Below are positions 61,331 to 64,000 of a stretch of DNA of 64,000 nt, piece by piece. This DNA comes from an uncultured Pelagibacteraceae bacterium (GTDB taxonomy: Bacteria > Pseudomonadota > Alphaproteobacteria > Pelagibacterales > Pelagibacteraceae): contig CABXYU010000004.1 in NCBI GenBank assembly GCA_902516625.1, positions 473 to 64,472 of the forward strand, given 5' to 3'. Under the pieces are notes generated by a model. It did not search any database and was not told the origin of the DNA. It worked only from the letters and a program-made list of their open reading frames with translations. Position 1 is the first letter of the stretch; each line of letters starts with the position of its first letter. The position numbers were made by a program, and so were the translations under genes.

Positions 61331-61374
61331 GTTGCCGATTTGATCCTATTGCGGGCAACAACAGCTAAAAAGGA
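61331..61374 (+). ncRNA. SAM-II riboswitch aptamer
   Basis: GTTGCC-GATTTGATCCTATTGCG-GGCAAC...GCTAAAAAGGA fits the SAM-II H-type pseudoknot pattern; upstream of metY. Confidence 0.8.
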
Positions 61375-61388
61375 ACTTTCATTAAATC

Positions 61389-61446
61389 GGTAGGTATTTG
61401 AACTATATTGTGCACCTTGCATCAAGCTAAAGTACTAAAAAAGGAG
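61389..61446 (+). ncRNA. SAM-V riboswitch aptamer, running into the metY RBS
   Basis: ATTTGAACTATATTGTGCACCTTGCATCAAGCTAAAGTACTAAAAAAGGAG matches SAM-V conserved blocks (UUGAAC, UUGU, ACUAAA, GGAG). Confidence 0.8.
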
Positions 61447-61450
61447 TAAT

Positions 61451-62779
61451 ATGAATAAAAAAAGAAATAATCCAGAAACCATCGCTTTACATGGTGGTGA
61501 TTACAGAAGTGATCCTACAACAAATGCTGTAGCAGTACCAATATACAGAACTACTTCTTATCAATTTAAAAGTACCGAACATGCTGCCAATCTTTTTGCA
61601 TTAAAGGAATTCGGAAATATTTATACAAGAATTATGAACCCTACCAACGACGTTCTTGAAAAAAGAGTAGCAGCTTTAGAGGGTGGATTAGCGTGTGTGA
61701 CTGTTTCATCAGGACAAACTGCCTCTTCATTTGCTGTATTAAACGTAGCTCAAACTGGAGACAACATTATCAGCTCAACTGATCTATATGGTGGAACTGT
61801 TTCTCTATTTACTCATACTCTAAGTAAACTTGGAATAGAAATTAGATATGCTGATCCTAAGGATCCAAGAAATTTTGAAAAATTGATAGATAATAAAACG
61901 AGAGCTTTTTATGGGGAAACTTTACCCAATCCATATTTGAGAGTTTTTCCAATCAAAGAAGTTTCTGATATTGGTAGAAAATACAATATTCCTTTAATTA
62001 TGGATAACACTGCTGCGCCAGTTATTTGCAAGCCAATTGAGCATGGAGCTGCAGTTGTTATACACTCATTAACAAAATATATAGGAGGTCATGGGACTGC
62101 AATTGCTGGAAGCATTGTTGATAGTGGTAATTTTGATTGGACGGCAGATCCAAAAAGACAACCTTTATTTAACGAACCAGACTCTAGTTATGGTGGAGTT
62201 ATTTGGGGAAAGGCTGTACCAGAATTAACAGGTGCAAATATTCCTTTTGTGGTACGAGCTAGAGTTTGTTTATTAAGAGATCTTGGTTCTGCACTATCTC
62301 CTGATAACGCATTTGCAATTATTCAAGGTCTTGAAACTGTTGCTTTAAGAATGAAACAACACTGTAATAATGCCGAAAAAGTTGTCAATTTTTTAAAGAG
62401 ACACAAAGAAATTGTTAAAGTTATTTATTCTACAGAACACGATAAACCTATAACTGATAGAGCAAAAAAATATTTGATAGGTGGTAAAGGTCCTATGGTT
62501 GGTATTGAACTAAAAGGTGGAATAGAAGCAGGTAAAAAATTTATAGAATCTTTAAGAATGTTTTATCATGTAGCAAATATTGGAGATGCCAGAAGCCTGG
62601 CTATTCATCCTGCAAGTACAACACACAGTCAGCTCAATGAAAAAGAACTTGCTGCTGCAGGAGTAACACAAAGCTATGTTAGACTATGTATAGGATTAGA
62701 ACATATAGATGATATAATTGAAGATCTAGATCAAGCTTTGAATAAATCTTCTAAAGGAAATCTTAAAGCTGTTAGTTAG
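61451..62779 (+). CDS. metY: O-acetylhomoserine sulfhydrylase
   Basis: GNIYTRIMNPT, HSLTKYIGGHG, ANIGDARSLAIHPASTTH. Confidence 0.93.
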   Translation: MNKKRNNPETIALHGGDYRSDPTTNAVAVPIYRTTSYQFKSTEHAANLFALKEFGNIYTRIMNPTNDVLEKRVAALEGGLACVTVSSGQTASSFAVLNVAQTGDNIISSTDLYGGTVSLFTHTLSKLGIEIRYADPKDPRNFEKLIDNKTRAFYGETLPNPYLRVFPIKEVSDIGRKYNIPLIMDNTAAPVICKPIEHGAAVVIHSLTKYIGGHGTAIAGSIVDSGNFDWTADPKRQPLFNEPDSSYGGVIWGKAVPELTGANIPFVVRARVCLLRDLGSALSPDNAFAIIQGLETVALRMKQHCNNAEKVVNFLKRHKEIVKVIYSTEHDKPITDRAKKYLIGGKGPMVGIELKGGIEAGKKFIESLRMFYHVANIGDARSLAIHPASTTHSQLNEKELAAAGVTQSYVRLCIGLEHIDDIIEDLDQALNKSSKGNLKAVS

Positions 62780-63788
62780 GATTTGTATTTAGATAAAAAA
62801 AATAAATACATGAACTTACTAAAAATATCGAGCTTAATTGGTGCATAGAGGCAACATAAATATGAGCTCCATGAATAATTGTAAATATACCTAAAATTAT
62901 TTGCAAAATTATAAAAAAACCAACAATATTTATAGATTTATATAGTTCATATTTTTTATCTTTGTAAACTTTATAGAACATATACAAATAAAAAATTCCT
63001 ATTATATAAGCCAAATTTCTATGTAAGAACTGTACTAATGAAGGATCGCTTAAAGCTGATAACTTTAATAGATTAAAAACATTATTATCATCAGGAAAAA
63101 AAGTATTTCCCATTAACGGCCAAGAATTATAGATTTTTCCTGCATCCATTCCTGATACAAAAGCCCCAATTACTATTTGCAAAAAAACTAAAATTAAGAA
63201 CAAAAAAGGTATTAATGAGCCAATTTTATTATAAATAATTTTTTCATTATTAATTTTTAAATAATTCCACAAAATTAAAGACAATATTATAAATGCTAAA
63301 AATAAATGAATAGAAAGTCTAAAATGACTTACATCTACCCTGTCAATTAAGCCACTACTCACCATATACCATCCAATAAATCCTTGAAAACATATGAGGA
63401 AAAAAATCAGATAAAAACTATATAATTTAGATATTTTAATCTTAAATGAAAAATAGATTAAAGGTATTAAAAAACTAATGCCAATTAATCTTCCAAGAAA
63501 CCTATGGGCCCATTCCCACCAAAAAATTACTTTAAATTCTTGCAGGTTCATGTTGTAATTTTGTAATTTAAATTCAGGAATCTCTTTATAAAGATTAAAA
63601 TAAAATACCCATTCACTATTTGTTAGAGGAGGAAAGATTCCTGAAAATAATTGCCATTTAGTAATTGATAAACCTGAGTCAGTTAATCGAGTTAAACCAC
63701 CAACTAAAATCATGATTGCTATAACAAAAAACATACCCATAAGCCAAATGGATAACTGCTTTTTAATTTTCGGATTAACTATGTACAT
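62772..63788 (-). CDS. ctaA: Heme A synthase (COX15/CtaA type 2)
   Basis: GGLTRLTDSGLSI, WEWAHR, QFLHR, HQ. Confidence 0.92.
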   Translation of the reverse strand: MYIVNPKIKKQLSIWLMGMFFVIAIMILVGGLTRLTDSGLSITKWQLFSGIFPPLTNSEWVFYFNLYKEIPEFKLQNYNMNLQEFKVIFWWEWAHRFLGRLIGISFLIPLIYFSFKIKISKLYSFYLIFFLICFQGFIGWYMVSSGLIDRVDVSHFRLSIHLFLAFIILSLILWNYLKINNEKIIYNKIGSLIPFLFLILVFLQIVIGAFVSGMDAGKIYNSWPLMGNTFFPDDNNVFNLLKLSALSDPSLVQFLHRNLAYIIGIFYLYMFYKVYKDKKYELYKSINIVGFFIILQIILGIFTIIHGAHIYVASMHQLSSIFLVSSCIYFFYLNTNPN

Positions 63789-63831
63789 ATCAGGATAAAT
63801 ATAATAATTTTTAAGTTATCCAAATATATAA

Positions 63832-64000
63832 ATGTCGCCATTAAAAAGAAAAAAATTAAGTAAAATAAGGTCAGAGCTCGACAATCTTGATAATACTCTT
63901 ATCAATATAATTAAAAAGAGAACAAATTTGGTAAAAAAAGTCTTAAAGCTTAAAGACAAAAAAAATCAAATAGTAGACCAGAGCAGAATTAGAAAAATTC
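63832..64000 (+). CDS. Chorismate mutase (AroQ type), cut off by the window end
   Basis: Hand translation MSPLKRKKLSKIRSELDNLDNTLINIIKKRTNLVKKVLKLK...IVDQSR. Confidence 0.7.
   Translation, partial: MSPLKRKKLSKIRSELDNLDNTLINIIKKRTNLVKKVLKLKDKKNQIVDQSRIRKI

Overview
Very AT-rich, gene-dense bacterial chromosome segment with many overlapping or abutting genes. Gene content and order point to a streamlined marine alphaproteobacterium, most likely Pelagibacterales/SAR11 (inference: erpA-dgt-argS-nagZ-scpAB-tatABC-serS, uvrA/ssb-gyrA-coaD-tgt, mltB-rlpA-dacA-tmk-holB-metG, a SAM-V riboswitch). Most of the window is core housekeeping genes, plus a Zur/ZnuABC locus with two Zur boxes, four tRNAs (Lys, Ser, Pro, Glu), a ~7 kb surface-glycan cluster after tRNA-Glu, and tandem SAM-II/SAM-V riboswitches before metY. 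The most notable element is a stand-alone Cre-type tyrosine recombinase (54156-55061). Just upstream of it is a perfect 11-7-11 inverted repeat that overlaps a perfect sigma70 promoter, close to where gene orientation flips from mostly + to mostly -. This is a candidate self-regulating, single-recombinase chromosome-dimer resolution module (inference, untested). Other leads: an LpxA-like/GnnA-like/GnnB-like gene trio, a Tgt lacking its zinc-binding cysteines, a divergent PiT-like transporter, a possible miniature FtsN, three unannotated small ORFs and a hairpin-rich 460 bp intergenic region. No CRISPR array, rRNA, transposase or prophage genes were seen. All calls come from reading motifs and gene order; no database searches were run.
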